Positions 63,270 to 64,000 of a DNA stretch of 64,000 nucleotides are shown here, piece by piece. Numbering within the stretch: the first letter of the stretch is position 1; every line of letters begins with the position of its first letter. Location of the stretch: assembly GCA_045636865.1 (NCBI GenBank), contig JAZTYJ010000019.1:475-64474 (forward strand). Direction: 5' to 3'. Below the pieces are notes generated by a model. That model was not told where the DNA came from. It was given only the letters and a program-made list of their open reading frames with translations, and did no database searches. Origin of the DNA: Eubacteriales bacterium. Its GTDB lineage: Bacteria; Bacillota; Clostridia; Oscillospirales; JAAYXM01. Both the position numbers and the translations under genes were made by a program.

Positions 63270-64000
63270 AAAACCAACGGAAATCTGGAATGAGTACACA
63301 AAGGCGGTCTCCTACAACAAAGGCATTGAGCTTTATGAAACAGTGAGAAAAAACGAAAACTTTTTCATCGGCAGACAATGGGAAGGATTAAACGCCCCCG
63401 ACCTTTCAAAGCCCGTAATAAACGTTTTGCGCCGCGTTGTAAACTATTTCATCTCAATGATAGTTGCAAACGACATCGGTATTGCATTTACGCCTTTTAA
63501 GAAGGATAAAGAAATGCTGAAAAAAGCAAAAATCTGGGCAGATGAGGTTGAAAACATAATCGAAGTTGCAAAGATTAAGGAGAAATCGCGCGATATCATA
63601 AGAAATGCGGCAGTGGACGGCGACGGTATCCTCTATTTTTACTTCGACAAGGGTAATGGCAAAAGTGCGCTTTCAAAAGGCAGAATTGAATGTGAGGTCG
63701 TTGATAACACAAACCTCATGTTCGGAAATCCGTATATTGCCGACATTCAGAAGCAACCGTACGTTCTTGTGGAAATCCGGAAGCACGTGGAGGCCGTGCG
63801 CGACGAAGCAATCCAAAACGGAATGAGCGAGCTTAAGGCGTACGAAATTCTCCCCGATGAGCAGTATGAGATGTATGACATAAACAAAAATCGCGGCGGA
63901 GATGAGCTTTGCACCGTGATAATGAAGTTCTGGAAAGAAAATGGAACTGTTCACGCCGTCAAAACCACGCGCGACGCCGTAATCCGCGAGGAATGGGATA
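63256..64000 (+). CDS. Phage portal protein, 5' part (runs off the right edge)
   Basis: Hand translation from ATG 63256 (AGGAGGA RBS) stays open to the end of the window. MRISKKPTEIWNEYTKAVSYNKGIELYETVRKNENFFIGRQWEGLNAPDLSKPVINVLRRVVNYFISMIV... resembles the N-terminal region of P22 gp1-type portals (from memory). Absent from the ORF track because no stop lies in the window. Confidence 0.6.
   Translation, partial: MRISKKPTEIWNEYTKAVSYNKGIELYETVRKNENFFIGRQWEGLNAPDLSKPVINVLRRVVNYFISMIVANDIGIAFTPFKKDKEMLKKAKIWADEVENIIEVAKIKEKSRDIIRNAAVDGDGILYFYFDKGNGKSALSKGRIECEVVDNTNLMFGNPYIADIQKQPYVLVEIRKHVEAVRDEAIQNGMSELKAYEILPDEQYEMYDINKNRGGDELCTVIMKFWKENGTVHAVKTTRDAVIREEWD

Overview
This 64-kb chromosomal segment reads like a Clostridia-class Firmicute. 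It has TTGACA/TATAAT-type promoters, GGAGG ribosome-binding sites, hairpin plus T-run terminators, an SLH-domain wall protein and a membrane-anchored M23 peptidase. All calls come from reading the sequence and the ORF translations and from remembered family motifs. No searches or folding programs were run.

Content, left to right:
1. metG, a VanW-domain protein and a DUF975-like membrane protein.
2. An aromatic amino-acid operon, aroF-tyrA-aroB-aroA-aroC-pheA, with an RluA-type gene appended. It is preceded by a consensus promoter, a 30-codon leader ORF containing the run F-C-Y-F-Y-F-Y-F-F, and an intrinsic terminator. This is my top finding: a candidate ribosome-mediated Phe/Tyr attenuator.
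3. uxuA and gap.
4. A minus-strand seven-gene carbohydrate cluster: an archaeal-type TIM paralog, a SIS isomerase, a YjbQ-like protein, an FGGY kinase, a FucI/AraA-like isomerase and two tandem ceramidase-N-like paralogs. It diverges from a DeoR regulator across an intergenic region carrying a CGAAAG repeat array. I cannot recognise the pathway.
5. An SLH protein, yhbY, tRNA-Leu(CAA), smpB-hydrolase-ssrA, and an IS200-type element.
6. A cobalamin riboswitch controlling a two-gene ECF transporter. The second gene fuses two ATPase domains to an S-component-like membrane domain.
7. A Na/Pi symporter, a DegT aminotransferase, a LysR regulator and an orphan TRAP DctM.
8. A ~17-kb surface-polysaccharide locus with an AT-rich core. 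It encodes a PglC-like initiating transferase, glycosyltransferases, Wzy, Wzx, acetyl- and pyruvyl-transferases, two ATP-grasp enzymes and a FemAB-like transferase. Its CapE/CapF-type genes are split by a nucleotidyltransferase gene.
9. ychF and the M23 peptidase.
10. From ~57.05 kb, a phage-like late operon that begins directly beside host genes: promoter, terminator, terS, terL, four atypical genes, then a portal gene that runs off the window.

A GC-rich structured segment at 130-360 is unassigned. I saw no rRNA genes and no CRISPR array.
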